From an uncultured Oligoflexus sp. (GTDB taxonomy: Bacteria; Bdellovibrionota_B; Oligoflexia; Oligoflexales; Oligoflexaceae), in assembly GCA_964236955.1 (NCBI GenBank), contig CAXSGP010000014.1, forward strand, positions 12,489-39,799: 27,311 bases of DNA, given 5' to 3'. The notes beneath the pieces are model-generated. The model saw nothing but the letters and a program-made list of their open reading frames with translations. It was not told the DNA's origin and ran no database searches. Of the stretch, positions 16,986 to 25,445 are shown in pieces. Every line of letters begins with the position of its first letter. Position 1 is the stretch's first letter. A program made the position numbers and the translations under genes.

Positions 16986-17735
16986 ATGGGAACTGAGAAA
17001 CGATCGATCAAGCTGAAGATTCCGTTGGGACAACAACCCGACGATGTTACCTGCGGTCCGACCTGCCTGCAGTCGATCTATGGCTTCTATGCCGATGGCA
17101 TCTCGCTCGAGAGCGTTATCAGCGAAGTGGCGATGCTCGAAGAGGGTGGGACGTATGCGTCCAAGCTCGGCGCCCACTCCTTGAAAAGGGGCTATAGCGC
17201 TGAGATCTGGTCGTTCAATGTCAATATCTTCGATCCCTCTTGGTTCGACATGAATTCCCCACAATTGATCGCCAAGCTGAAACTTCAAAGACAGGCCAAG
17301 AAGAATCGTAAGCTGCGCAACGCGAGCGATGGCTACCTTGAATTTTTAGAAAGCGGCGGCATCCTCCGCTTTGAGGATCTGACGGCAAACCTTTTGGTGT
17401 CGCTTCTCCAGGACGGTCGGCCTTTGATCGCCGGTCTCAGTTCGACCTATCTTTACAAGACCATGCGGGAGGATCCGAAAACCACCGCAAACGACGACAT
17501 CAGAGGACGCCCTGCGGGTCATTTCGTGCTGATAACAGGCATCGATATGGAAGCAAGAACAGCGCAGATCACCGATCCCTATTTCCCTAACAACATCTCA
17601 GATATTCAAACCTACACCGTCTCCATTCCCCGATTGATTTGCGCGATCCTTCTGGGAGTGATGACCTACGATGCGAACCTTCTTGTGATTAAACAGAAAG
17701 AGAGCCCGCTGAATGAAGAATCTCATCGTCGTTGA
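16986..17735 (+). CDS. C39-like papain-fold cysteine peptidase, cytoplasmic
   Basis: ATG at 16986 after AGGAAG. QQPDDVTCGPTCL (oxyanion Gln and Cys), GHFVLITG (His) and ITDP (Asp). No signal peptide. Confidence 0.8.
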   Translation: MGTEKRSIKLKIPLGQQPDDVTCGPTCLQSIYGFYADGISLESVISEVAMLEEGGTYASKLGAHSLKRGYSAEIWSFNVNIFDPSWFDMNSPQLIAKLKLQRQAKKNRKLRNASDGYLEFLESGGILRFEDLTANLLVSLLQDGRPLIAGLSSTYLYKTMREDPKTTANDDIRGRPAGHFVLITGIDMEARTAQITDPYFPNNISDIQTYTVSIPRLICAILLGVMTYDANLLVIKQKESPLNEESHRR

Positions 17736-19173
17736 ATCAGTCGATGAGTGGCCCAGGCAACTGGGCGACTTTGAGGTTGTAAGCGACATTGATTATTTTA
17801 TCGAAGAGCATTTTCAAGAATCCAAGAACTATCGCGTTTTTAATCTCTGCCGGTCCTACCGCTATCAAACATCCGGTTATTATGTTTCTCTTTTGGCTGC
17901 TGCGCGCGGTCAGAAGCCTATTCCCTCGCTCAGTACGATCCAGGAGATGAAGACCAAGGCCTTCGTCAAAATCACCTCAGACAACCTCGATGCGCTGGTG
18001 CAAAAGTCTCTGGCCGACATCAAATCCGATACCTTCGAGCTGTCGATCTATTTCGGCAAAAATATTGCCCGCAAGTATGACAAGCTAGCCGCCGAGCTTT
18101 ATAAATATTTTGCGTCGCCGCTCATTCGGGCAAAGTTCTCAAAGAAAAATAAATGGCTCCTAAGTTCGATCGGGCCCATCAGCCTCAAGGATGTGCCGCG
18201 CTCGCACAAGGTCGACCTTATCTACTTCGCCGAAAGCTACTTTAAGAATGCCACGCTGCGTAAGCCGGTGAAATCTGCCCGCTACAGTCTCGCGATCCTT
18301 AGAAATCCCCTTGAGGAATTGCCGCCTTCGGATGACAAGGCGATCGCGCGCTTTATCAAGGCCGCCCAAAATCAGCAGATAGAGGTCGATATCATCGGGC
18401 CTGACGACCTGCGCCGGCTCGCCGAATATGACGCCCTCTTTATTCGAGAAACGACCAACGTCAACCATCATACCTTTCGTTTTGCCCAAAAAGCCAAGGC
18501 CTTGGGACTCGTCGTTATCGACGACCCGGAATCCATCCTGCGTTGCACCAATAAGGTGTTCCTCGCCGAGCTTTTAAAGCGTCATCATATTCCCACACCC
18601 AAATCCTTTATCATTCACAGGAAGAATCTTGAGCAGCTGCTTGAGAAACTGCCGGTTCCCTGCGTGCTCAAACAACCCGACAGTGCTTTTTCGCAGGGTG
18701 TTTTGAAGGCAATGACACGGGAAGAGATCATTGAAAAAGTCGAGGTCATGCTCAAGGAATCGGACCTGGTGATCGCGCAGGAATTCATGCCGACGCCTTT
18801 CGACTGGCGCATCGGTATCATCGACAACAAACCGCTCTATGCCTGTAAATATTTCATGGCCCGCGGTCATTGGCAGATCTATAACAAGAAAGAGAACGAG
18901 CTCGACTACGGTCATGCCGAGACCTTTCCCATGGAGGAGATGAACCCGAAGCTCATCACCCTGGCCCTTCGCACTGCGGCAGCCGTTGGAGATGGCCTGT
19001 ATGGCCTTGATATAAAAGAAAAAGATGGTAAATATTATATTATCGAGGTCAACGATAATCCCAGCATCGATGCGGGCGTGGAAGACAAAGTGATCAAACA
19101 TCATCTCTACGATGAGATCATCAGCGTATTCGTCAAACGACTTGAGCAGAAAACGAAAGGATATTCCGAATGA
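17713..19173 (+). CDS. RimK-like ATP-grasp peptide ligase with an N-terminal RLAN domain
   Basis: N-terminal VFNLCRSYRYQTSGYYVSLLAAARG. ATP-grasp motifs DALFIRETT, IDDPESILRCTNK, VLKQPDSAFSQGV, AQEFMPTPFDWRIG, GLYGLDIKE and IEVNDNPSID. Confidence 0.9.
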   Translation: MKNLIVVESVDEWPRQLGDFEVVSDIDYFIEEHFQESKNYRVFNLCRSYRYQTSGYYVSLLAAARGQKPIPSLSTIQEMKTKAFVKITSDNLDALVQKSLADIKSDTFELSIYFGKNIARKYDKLAAELYKYFASPLIRAKFSKKNKWLLSSIGPISLKDVPRSHKVDLIYFAESYFKNATLRKPVKSARYSLAILRNPLEELPPSDDKAIARFIKAAQNQQIEVDIIGPDDLRRLAEYDALFIRETTNVNHHTFRFAQKAKALGLVVIDDPESILRCTNKVFLAELLKRHHIPTPKSFIIHRKNLEQLLEKLPVPCVLKQPDSAFSQGVLKAMTREEIIEKVEVMLKESDLVIAQEFMPTPFDWRIGIIDNKPLYACKYFMARGHWQIYNKKENELDYGHAETFPMEEMNPKLITLALRTAAAVGDGLYGLDIKEKDGKYYIIEVNDNPSIDAGVEDKVIKHHLYDEIISVFVKRLEQKTKGYSE

Positions 19174-20399
19174 GTCGCCTCCTTCATCTCTTCGAAGCTT
19201 ATGGCATCGAAATGGAATATATGATAGTGAATCGCGATAGTCTCGATGTCATGCCGATCTGTGACCAGGTCATCGAGAGTTTGGCCGGTGAAATAAGCAA
19301 TGATTTTTCGCTCGGACGCATTGATATTTCCAACGAGCTCGTGCTGCATGTCATAGAATTCAAATGCAATGGCCCGCAAAAAGATCTGGTCCTCATGCAA
19401 AAGGATTTTCAAGAGCAGATTACCGCCATCAACGGCGTTCTGGAAAAATGGAATGCCTGTCTGCTCCCGACCGCGATGCATCCCTGGATGAATCCTGATC
19501 TTGAGACCAAGCTCTGGCCGCATGGCAATAACGAGATCTATGCGAGCTATAATCGCATTTTTGATTGTCGCGGTCATGGCTGGTCGAATCTGCAAAGCGT
19601 GCACATCAATCTGCCTTTCGCCGATGACGCCGAGTTCGGGCGCCTGCATGCCGCCGTTCGTATCGTCCTTCCGCTTTTGCCCGCACTGGCCGCGAGTTCG
19701 CCCTTGGTCGAGGGCAAAATCACCGGCGCTCAGGACAGCCGCCTTGGCTTTTACATGGCGAATCAGCGGCGCATTCCCTCTATTATTGGCTCAGTCATCC
19801 CGGAAAGGGTTTTTACCGAAGCCGATTATAATAAAGAGATTTTGGACAAGATCTATAAGGATATTGCGCCCTCCGACCCTGACGAAATTCTGCGGGAGGA
19901 ATGGCTGAACAGCCGTGGGGCGATCGCCCGCTTCGAACGGCACGCTATCGAAATCCGGGTCCTCGATATTCAGGAGGCACCGATCGTTGACTTCGCTATC
20001 ATCGCCTTGGTCGTCTCGCTGGTAAAGAGTCTGGTTGACGAGCGCTGGATAGCCTATGCTGAGCAAAAAAAGGCCGACGAGGACGAGCTGAGGGTGATCT
20101 TCAAGGAAGCGTCGGAGCAGGGTCTCGATTTTTCTATCCACAATGCCTTTGTCCTCAACGCTTTTGGTGAGTCCAGGCCGATTACAATGCGGAACCTATG
20201 GGGGAAAATTCTGAATGAGCTTGTGGCTAGGGATTACGAAATCAAAGATTTCAAGACAGTGGCCGAAAGACTCCTGGCCAAGGGTAATCTATCGACTCGT
20301 ATTCTGAACAATCTGGGTGAAAAGCCAAATCATGAAGCAATCAGGTCGGAATATAAAAAGCTAGCGCAAAGTCTCATGAGCGGTCAATTCTATGCCTGA
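19170..20399 (+). CDS. Glutamate-cysteine ligase family 2 (GCS2) carboxylate-amine ligase
   Basis: Motifs YGIEMEYMIV, SNELVLHVIEFK, PTAMHPWM, NLQSVHINLP, ALAASSP, NSRGAIARF and IEIRVLDIQE. ATGA overlap with the ATP-grasp gene. Confidence 0.9.
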   Translation: MSRLLHLFEAYGIEMEYMIVNRDSLDVMPICDQVIESLAGEISNDFSLGRIDISNELVLHVIEFKCNGPQKDLVLMQKDFQEQITAINGVLEKWNACLLPTAMHPWMNPDLETKLWPHGNNEIYASYNRIFDCRGHGWSNLQSVHINLPFADDAEFGRLHAAVRIVLPLLPALAASSPLVEGKITGAQDSRLGFYMANQRRIPSIIGSVIPERVFTEADYNKEILDKIYKDIAPSDPDEILREEWLNSRGAIARFERHAIEIRVLDIQEAPIVDFAIIALVVSLVKSLVDERWIAYAEQKKADEDELRVIFKEASEQGLDFSIHNAFVLNAFGESRPITMRNLWGKILNELVARDYEIKDFKTVAERLLAKGNLSTRILNNLGEKPNHEAIRSEYKKLAQSLMSGQFYA

Positions 20400-21105
20400 T
20401 CAATGGGTGCTGCTGATCAGTTGCGAACATGCCGGGTATAAAATCCCCAAGGTCTACTGCAATCAGATCGATGAGGCGACGAAAGCGCTGCTCCCGACCC
20501 ATCGGGGCTGGGATCAAGGCGCCTTAAATCTGGCAAAACTTGTGAGTAAGTCGGAAAACGCGCCGCTGTTTTTCACGGAAATCAGCCGGCTGCTTATTGA
20601 TTGCAATCGTTCGATACAGCATCCCAAGGTATTTGGTCCTTCCTTTCGGGATAAAAGTCCACAGGAGAAGGAGCAGATCGCCAACGACTACTATCATCCC
20701 TATCGGAATTCCATAGTCGAGGCGATCGAACGCTTTCATTCGCGAAATCTCAAGGTCTTGCATTTTGCTTTTCACTCTTTCACGCCGATTTTGGATGGTG
20801 AGACGAGGAATGCCGAGTTGGGTTTACTTTACGACCCTGGCCGCAGCAGTGAAAAGCACTGGGCTGAGGTGTATGGGGAGCAATTGAGAGCGGTGGGGTT
20901 TCCGTGGCGAAGTCGTAGGAATTATCCCTATCTGGGCAAATCGGATGGTTTTACCCGCTTCCTGCGGGCGCGGTTCAAGGCAGAGATCTATGCCGGATTT
21001 GAGCTGGAGTTTAACCAGGCCATTTTTCAAAATTCTGCCGATAGCAATAGAATAGGGGCTTTGATGCTGAGCCTCTTTGCAAGGCTTGAGCTGTATCGCC
21101 CCTAG
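20392..21105 (+). CDS. N-formylglutamate amidohydrolase family protein
   Basis: Motifs ISCEHAG, THRGWDQGA, SRLLIDCNRS, YYHPYR, HSFTP, RRNYPY and ELEFNQ. Overlaps the GCS2 stop. Confidence 0.88.
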   Translation: MPDQWVLLISCEHAGYKIPKVYCNQIDEATKALLPTHRGWDQGALNLAKLVSKSENAPLFFTEISRLLIDCNRSIQHPKVFGPSFRDKSPQEKEQIANDYYHPYRNSIVEAIERFHSRNLKVLHFAFHSFTPILDGETRNAELGLLYDPGRSSEKHWAEVYGEQLRAVGFPWRSRRNYPYLGKSDGFTRFLRARFKAEIYAGFELEFNQAIFQNSADSNRIGALMLSLFARLELYRP

Positions 21106-21125
21106 CCCTCGGTGAGCCGCATTCC

Positions 21126-21722
21126 TCATTTCGGGCTTTTGGCAGGGAATTTAAAGGCAATTTTTAGATCGTCAGATAAAAGGCTGTAAACAACGAGAGT
21201 CTTCCAACTCCCCCCGGTGTAAACAAAGCCCCGACGAATTCCCTCCCTTACCATGTTCAGCGATTGGGCCAGTTTTAGGGAGCGTCGGTTTTTTTGCTCG
21301 ATGCAGGCTTCGATACGATGCAATTTGAGGCTCGAAAAGCCAATCTGAAGCATTGCCTCAACGAGTTCACGGCCGTATCCCTGGCCCCAATAACTATTAT
21401 ATATACCGTAGCCAATGCCTCCGGACTGAAAGATATGTCTGCGGATATCATAGAGAATGGCATGACCTATGGGTTGGCCTGTTTTTTTATCGAGGGCAAT
21501 AAAATAGTAGCGTTCCGTCTTTCTGTTTTTTTCCTCTAAGCGGAGCATTTTTTTGAACGCAGCCCGACTTGCTTCAAATTCAGGATCGGGTTTGAGATCC
21601 CATTGGTTGCGAGCCTCGGGCATCTGTTCATGAGTCGTCTTCCAAAGCTCATAATCGTTGGCATTATAGAAGCGGATTAACAGGCGTTTGCTGGTTTTAG
21701 TGAAAGTAACGGAAATTGGCAA
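21126..21722 (-). CDS. GNAT N-acetyltransferase, RimJ/RimL family
   Basis: TTG start after AGAGG. Motifs RLLIR, IGYGI, YWGQGYGRE (acetyl-CoA motif), LKLHRIEA, NRRSLKLA and EGIRR. Confidence 0.85.
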   Translation of the reverse strand: MPISVTFTKTSKRLLIRFYNANDYELWKTTHEQMPEARNQWDLKPDPEFEASRAAFKKMLRLEEKNRKTERYYFIALDKKTGQPIGHAILYDIRRHIFQSGGIGYGIYNSYWGQGYGRELVEAMLQIGFSSLKLHRIEACIEQKNRRSLKLAQSLNMVREGIRRGFVYTGGSWKTLVVYSLLSDDLKIAFKFPAKSPK

Positions 21723-22351
21723 GTTGTACCTCTGGGATTCTTTTATTCGGGGATGTTCTAGGATTTTCTTCTGGATTTTGCATTGAGGGTTCGATACTTG
21801 GGCTGATTCTAGCGCATAGGAGAGGGTAATTCAAATTTTAGCGGGCCTTCCACTTGCTCAGGCTCGCCACTTAAGCTGCCGCTCTCAGGTTTGTCAAGTT
21901 TTCGTAATCAACAGGACTCAAATTTCCAGTCGACGAATGACGGCGGCCAACTCACGCAGGATATACCTGCGTCTCATCTGGTAAAATTAATGCAGCCTGT
22001 GAAACTTGCGAAAGTCAGGCCCCTTGAAAGCGGCTATGCTACTCCCCCCTTAGACTCGCAAAATTCTCATCATCTCAACGCTAAAAAAATATTATGTACT
22101 TTGAATTCCGGGATTTTTTGTAGGCACGTGAATCAAAGGATAATTACCCTTCCGTATTTTTACCGCTCGAGGCTGCCGGTGATGCATTAATTTCTTTAAA
22201 GAATTCGCATCTGCGGGCCGGGCTGGGTTTGCAGTCTTTAAATGCGAAAATTCAGACATTACCCATGTTCCCTTTTCGAAAGGGATCGGTTTTATTCAAT
22301 CTGCGCCCGGAATGTCCGTGCTCATCATTCATCAATCGAAGAGGATTCATC

Positions 22352-23182
22352 ATGAAACCAAATACATTGTTTGTCGGTCTATCGGTTCTTGCGCTAAACG
22401 TTGCTACTGTTACCCGGGCTTCGGATGCTGCTCCTCAATCCGTAAGTCCGCCGGCCATAACTCCCCCGGCCGAAACCTCGACGACTTCAAGTCCTGCTCA
22501 GCAGCCTAATCCTTTCAAGGTGCCTGTGTCTGGTGTTCTGGCAGACGGGACTATCTTTAATGGTGTTATGGAAGTCACCAAACTTACTACGGACGATAAC
22601 GGCAAGTTGGTTGCCGATGGCGTGCTTACCGGCACAGCTCAAGGTGTAGGCGGGGGCGCGGCAACAACGATTAGTCAAACTATACAGCAAATCGCAATTG
22701 CAGTGTCGGCACCTACGGGTCAGTGCGATGTTGTCAAACTCAACTTGGATGCCCTCAATCTTGATGCGCTGGGAGCTGTGGTCGACCTTGCGCCTGTTGA
22801 TCTCAACGTGATTGCCGATTCGGCCGGTGGCAAACTGCTAGGAAACCTTCTCTGCTCGGTAGCCCATCTGTTGGATAACCCTCTGTCGGGACTCTTGGGT
22901 CTGGGTGACCTCCTTGGTAAGGTTAATGATCTGATCGGAGGGAACGGCAGTCTGCTCGGTGGCCTACTTGGTGGAGCACTTGGTGGTGGTGATCAAGGCG
23001 GTGGTTTACTAGGCGGTCTTCTCGGTGGTGGTGATCAAGGCGGTGGTTTACTAGGCGGCCTACTCGGCGGGGGTGATCAAGGCGGTGGTCTACTCGGTGG
23101 CCTTCTCGGTGGTAGCAGCGTGCCTAGCGCTCCCGCGGGAACAGGAATTTCCGCAGCATCAACCGGACCGACCACTGACTGA
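22352..23182 (+). CDS. Secreted hypothetical protein with a Gly/Leu-rich repeat tail
   Basis: ATG at 22352 after GAGGA. Signal peptide MKPNTLFVGLSVLALNVATVTRA, a Pro/Ser/Thr linker, the core C..VKLNLDALNLDALGAVVDL...GKLLGNLLCSVAHLLD and a GGLL repeat tail. Confidence 0.8.
   Translation: MKPNTLFVGLSVLALNVATVTRASDAAPQSVSPPAITPPAETSTTSSPAQQPNPFKVPVSGVLADGTIFNGVMEVTKLTTDDNGKLVADGVLTGTAQGVGGGAATTISQTIQQIAIAVSAPTGQCDVVKLNLDALNLDALGAVVDLAPVDLNVIADSAGGKLLGNLLCSVAHLLDNPLSGLLGLGDLLGKVNDLIGGNGSLLGGLLGGALGGGDQGGGLLGGLLGGGDQGGGLLGGLLGGGDQGGGLLGGLLGGSSVPSAPAGTGISAASTGPTTD
22982..23107 (+). repeat. Three 42-bp tandem repeats encoding GGGDQGGGLLGGLL
   Basis: Units at 22982-23023, 23024-23065 and 23066-23107 are identical in protein and differ only at synonymous positions. 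Confidence 0.95.
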
Positions 23183-23191
23183 TAGAAAACC

Positions 23192-23220
23192 GGGCGCGAT
23201 AGACTCATAGTCGCGCCCTT
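23192..23220 (+). terminator. Possible terminator hairpin after the secreted-protein gene
   Basis: 8-bp stem GGGCGCGA/TCGCGCCC about 10 nt after the stop. The U tract is weak (TTCC). Confidence 0.4.
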
Positions 23221-23524
23221 CCATGCGAAGTCGCCTTTACGAGAACACGCTTGGCTCGGAAGCGGAATTTCTCGGAAGGCGTTTCGCCGGGAAGTCTCGG
23301 CTAAAATAGCAATAAACAGCTTCTACTGCCTGGCGTTTATTCACATTCGAAGCCAAGCTATCCTACAAAAAGTAATGTTGCCACACGATGTAAATAAGCT
23401 TAACTCGACATATTTTACCTCTAGAATTATGGCCAGGTAGAGACTTTAGCTTATCGAGTTCGCCGACTACGCAGGAGCGGAGCGTGGCAAGGCTCCCCAG
23501 TATAGGATTGCTAGAAAAAAAGGC

Positions 23525-24397
23525 TTAAAATCCAGGCTGACCCAATGCCCGGGGAGCCTTTGAGGTTCGAATCCCACCAGCAAGAACACAAAGGGTCACG
23601 ATATAAGGAGAGATTTGTATGAGCTGGATAAGCCAGGCCGTATGGGAACCCGACAGCAATCCCTGAAGACGAAACTGAATCGAATCGGTCATGCCAAATA
23701 AAAGGCAACTCAAAGCTGTCGGCAGAGGTGACCATCGCCCTAAGATCATCGCGGCAATAGCCATAAATCCAGCTCCTGCCGTCATCTGCCGGGAAAAGGC
23801 GGAAGCCAGCATAGTCGACATCACAGCGCCGCCCCAGCCCGCAAAAACTCCTGAGACCACAACGCATACCCATCGGATTCGCAACACCCGTAGCCCGGCA
23901 TTGGCCAATGCAAGGGGATGTTCCCCTGCAAACCGAACCCAAAGTCCGGCTACGCTTCGACGCATCCACAGGGTCATGGCAGCCACCAGTCCGAGGGCAC
24001 CAAGCGTTGGCCCGAAGGAAAACCTTTGCTCAAGGGTAAGGCTTGGCGTTGAACTGGTGACATGGAAAAAATATTTATTGAGAAAAGGGGTAACGCCGGC
24101 GCTCAATAAATTGATGCCCATACCGATCACAACTTGGTTGCCTCGTAGGGACAAAGTAAAAAATCCGAAAATAATGGCCAATAAAGCCCCAGCAAAACCC
24201 GCGGCGATGAAGCCCAAAAACGACGATCCCAAGCCATGAGCGACGGCGGCACCCGTAAAAGCTCCGATCAGCATCAAGCCTTCCAGCCCAAGATTTATGA
24301 CCCCCGAACGTTCCGCGAGAAGCCCGCCCATAGCCGCAAACCAAAGGGGGGTTGCCATCCTTATGCTGGACAAAAGAATATCAATCGCGATTTCCAT
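23525..24397 (-). CDS. Nucleoside/sugar (CUT2) ABC transporter permease, NupC-like
   Basis: ATG at 24397 after GGGAGG. Motifs TPLWFAAMGGLLAERSGVINLGLEGLMLIGAF, GEHP, GFMAIAAMILGRW and PYIVTL...APRALGQP. Confidence 0.92.
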   Translation of the reverse strand: MEIAIDILLSSIRMATPLWFAAMGGLLAERSGVINLGLEGLMLIGAFTGAAVAHGLGSSFLGFIAAGFAGALLAIIFGFFTLSLRGNQVVIGMGINLLSAGVTPFLNKYFFHVTSSTPSLTLEQRFSFGPTLGALGLVAAMTLWMRRSVAGLWVRFAGEHPLALANAGLRVLRIRWVCVVVSGVFAGWGGAVMSTMLASAFSRQMTAGAGFMAIAAMILGRWSPLPTALSCLLFGMTDSIQFRLQGLLSGSHTAWLIQLIQISPYIVTLCVLAGGIRTSKAPRALGQPGF

Positions 24398-25445
24398 AAA
24401 GCCTCCCTTTAAGTCGTGACAGGCGTTGCTGCAATCCAAGCGGAATAAGGGATTCACAGCTCATAAAGAGGATAAGGATAGCTTGCAGAATTTGAGCGAA
24501 ATCCCGCGTCACCCATTCCGTCTCAAAATCAAGATCCAAAGACCCTTTGTGCAATCCCCCAAATAGGACCGCCGCCATGAGAATGCCGATAGGGTGAAGC
24601 CTACCGACCAAAGCGACGGCAACGCCCATGAATCCGTACCCAGGCGAAAAGCCCAGCACGAATTTGCCGGTGTTGCCATAGACTTCGATAAATCCCACGA
24701 CTCCTGCCATCATACCGCCCAGCGCGAGGGCCCAGAACTGCTGGGAGGCATTGGAAATACCCGCGTTATGAGCCGCCTCAGGGTTGTCGCCGCTGGCTTC
24801 CATCGCAAATCCCGCGCTGGTCCAGCGATAAAAAGCCCATACCAGAAGTGCCGCGAGAGGGGCTAACAAAATATGCCAGCCGACGGGGGCCTCTTGAAAA
24901 TAAGCCCACGGTGCAATATGAGCCTTGGGTAAAATGGAGAGGGTTTCAGGATTCTGACTCGTAGTGCTTTTAAAATAGTTCAATGCGAGCCAACCCGTGA
25001 TTCCATAAGCGATAAAATTGAGCATGATCCCCGCGACAACTTCATGGGCCTGACGTCGCGACCTTAGATATCCGAGCAGGGATCCCCATAAAAACCCGCC
25101 GAGCAAAGCGGCTGCAAAGCCGAGGGTACGATTGAGGAACACATCGTCAGGCCCATAGATGCCGGCCAATGCTGAAGATAACGCGCCCACGGTCAATTGA
25201 CCCTCGACCCCTATATTAAAGAGCCGTGCTCTGAGACCGATACTGACCGCGAGCCCAGTAAGAACCAAAGGGGCAGCGTGAAAAAGGCTTAAGCCAAGGT
25301 CATAGGCGGTTCCTAAAGCCCCCTGATAGAATACCCTGGCGACGACCCCTGGGTCCTCGCCGATCAGTTTGATGAGAACGGCGGCAATCCCAAAACCAAG
25401 GAACAGCGCAAGCGCGGAGTGCCTTAAAACCCTAATGCTACCCAT
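24381..25445 (-). CDS. Nucleoside/sugar (CUT2) ABC transporter permease, NupB-like
   Basis: The likely ATG is at 25445. Motifs PLVLTGLAV, LFNIGVEGQ, HEVVAGIMLNFIA, GDNPEAA and GYGFMGVAVALVGR. Confidence 0.92.
   Translation of the reverse strand: MGSIRVLRHSALALFLGFGIAAVLIKLIGEDPGVVARVFYQGALGTAYDLGLSLFHAAPLVLTGLAVSIGLRARLFNIGVEGQLTVGALSSALAGIYGPDDVFLNRTLGFAAALLGGFLWGSLLGYLRSRRQAHEVVAGIMLNFIAYGITGWLALNYFKSTTSQNPETLSILPKAHIAPWAYFQEAPVGWHILLAPLAALLVWAFYRWTSAGFAMEASGDNPEAAHNAGISNASQQFWALALGGMMAGVVGFIEVYGNTGKFVLGFSPGYGFMGVAVALVGRLHPIGILMAAVLFGGLHKGSLDLDFETEWVTRDFAQILQAILILFMSCESLIPLGLQQRLSRLKGRLYGNRD

Noticed and set aside
21957..21965. TATCCTGC on the minus strand, similar to an IncP oriT or T-DNA border nick site
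   Set aside because: A short match expected by chance, with no relaxase or conjugation genes in the window.
21995..22035. GAAA-loop stem resembling a c-di-GMP-I riboswitch
   Set aside because: The stem is mismatched and the conserved GCAAA junction and second hairpin are absent.
21891..22190. 99-aa intergenic ORF
   Set aside because: TTG start without an RBS, atypical composition and no motifs.
22229..22351. Longer start for the secreted protein
   Set aside because: ATG 22352 has an RBS and begins a clean signal peptide.
22982..23107. Tandem repeats as a possible CRISPR array
   Set aside because: They are in-frame coding repeats without unique spacers, and no cas genes are present.
23311..23460. 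Imperfect long-range inverted repeats (AATAAAC/GTTTATT, AACTCGA/TCGAGTT, TACCT/AGGTA)
   Set aside because: The stems are short and scattered, match no RNA family I recognise and are compatible with chance.
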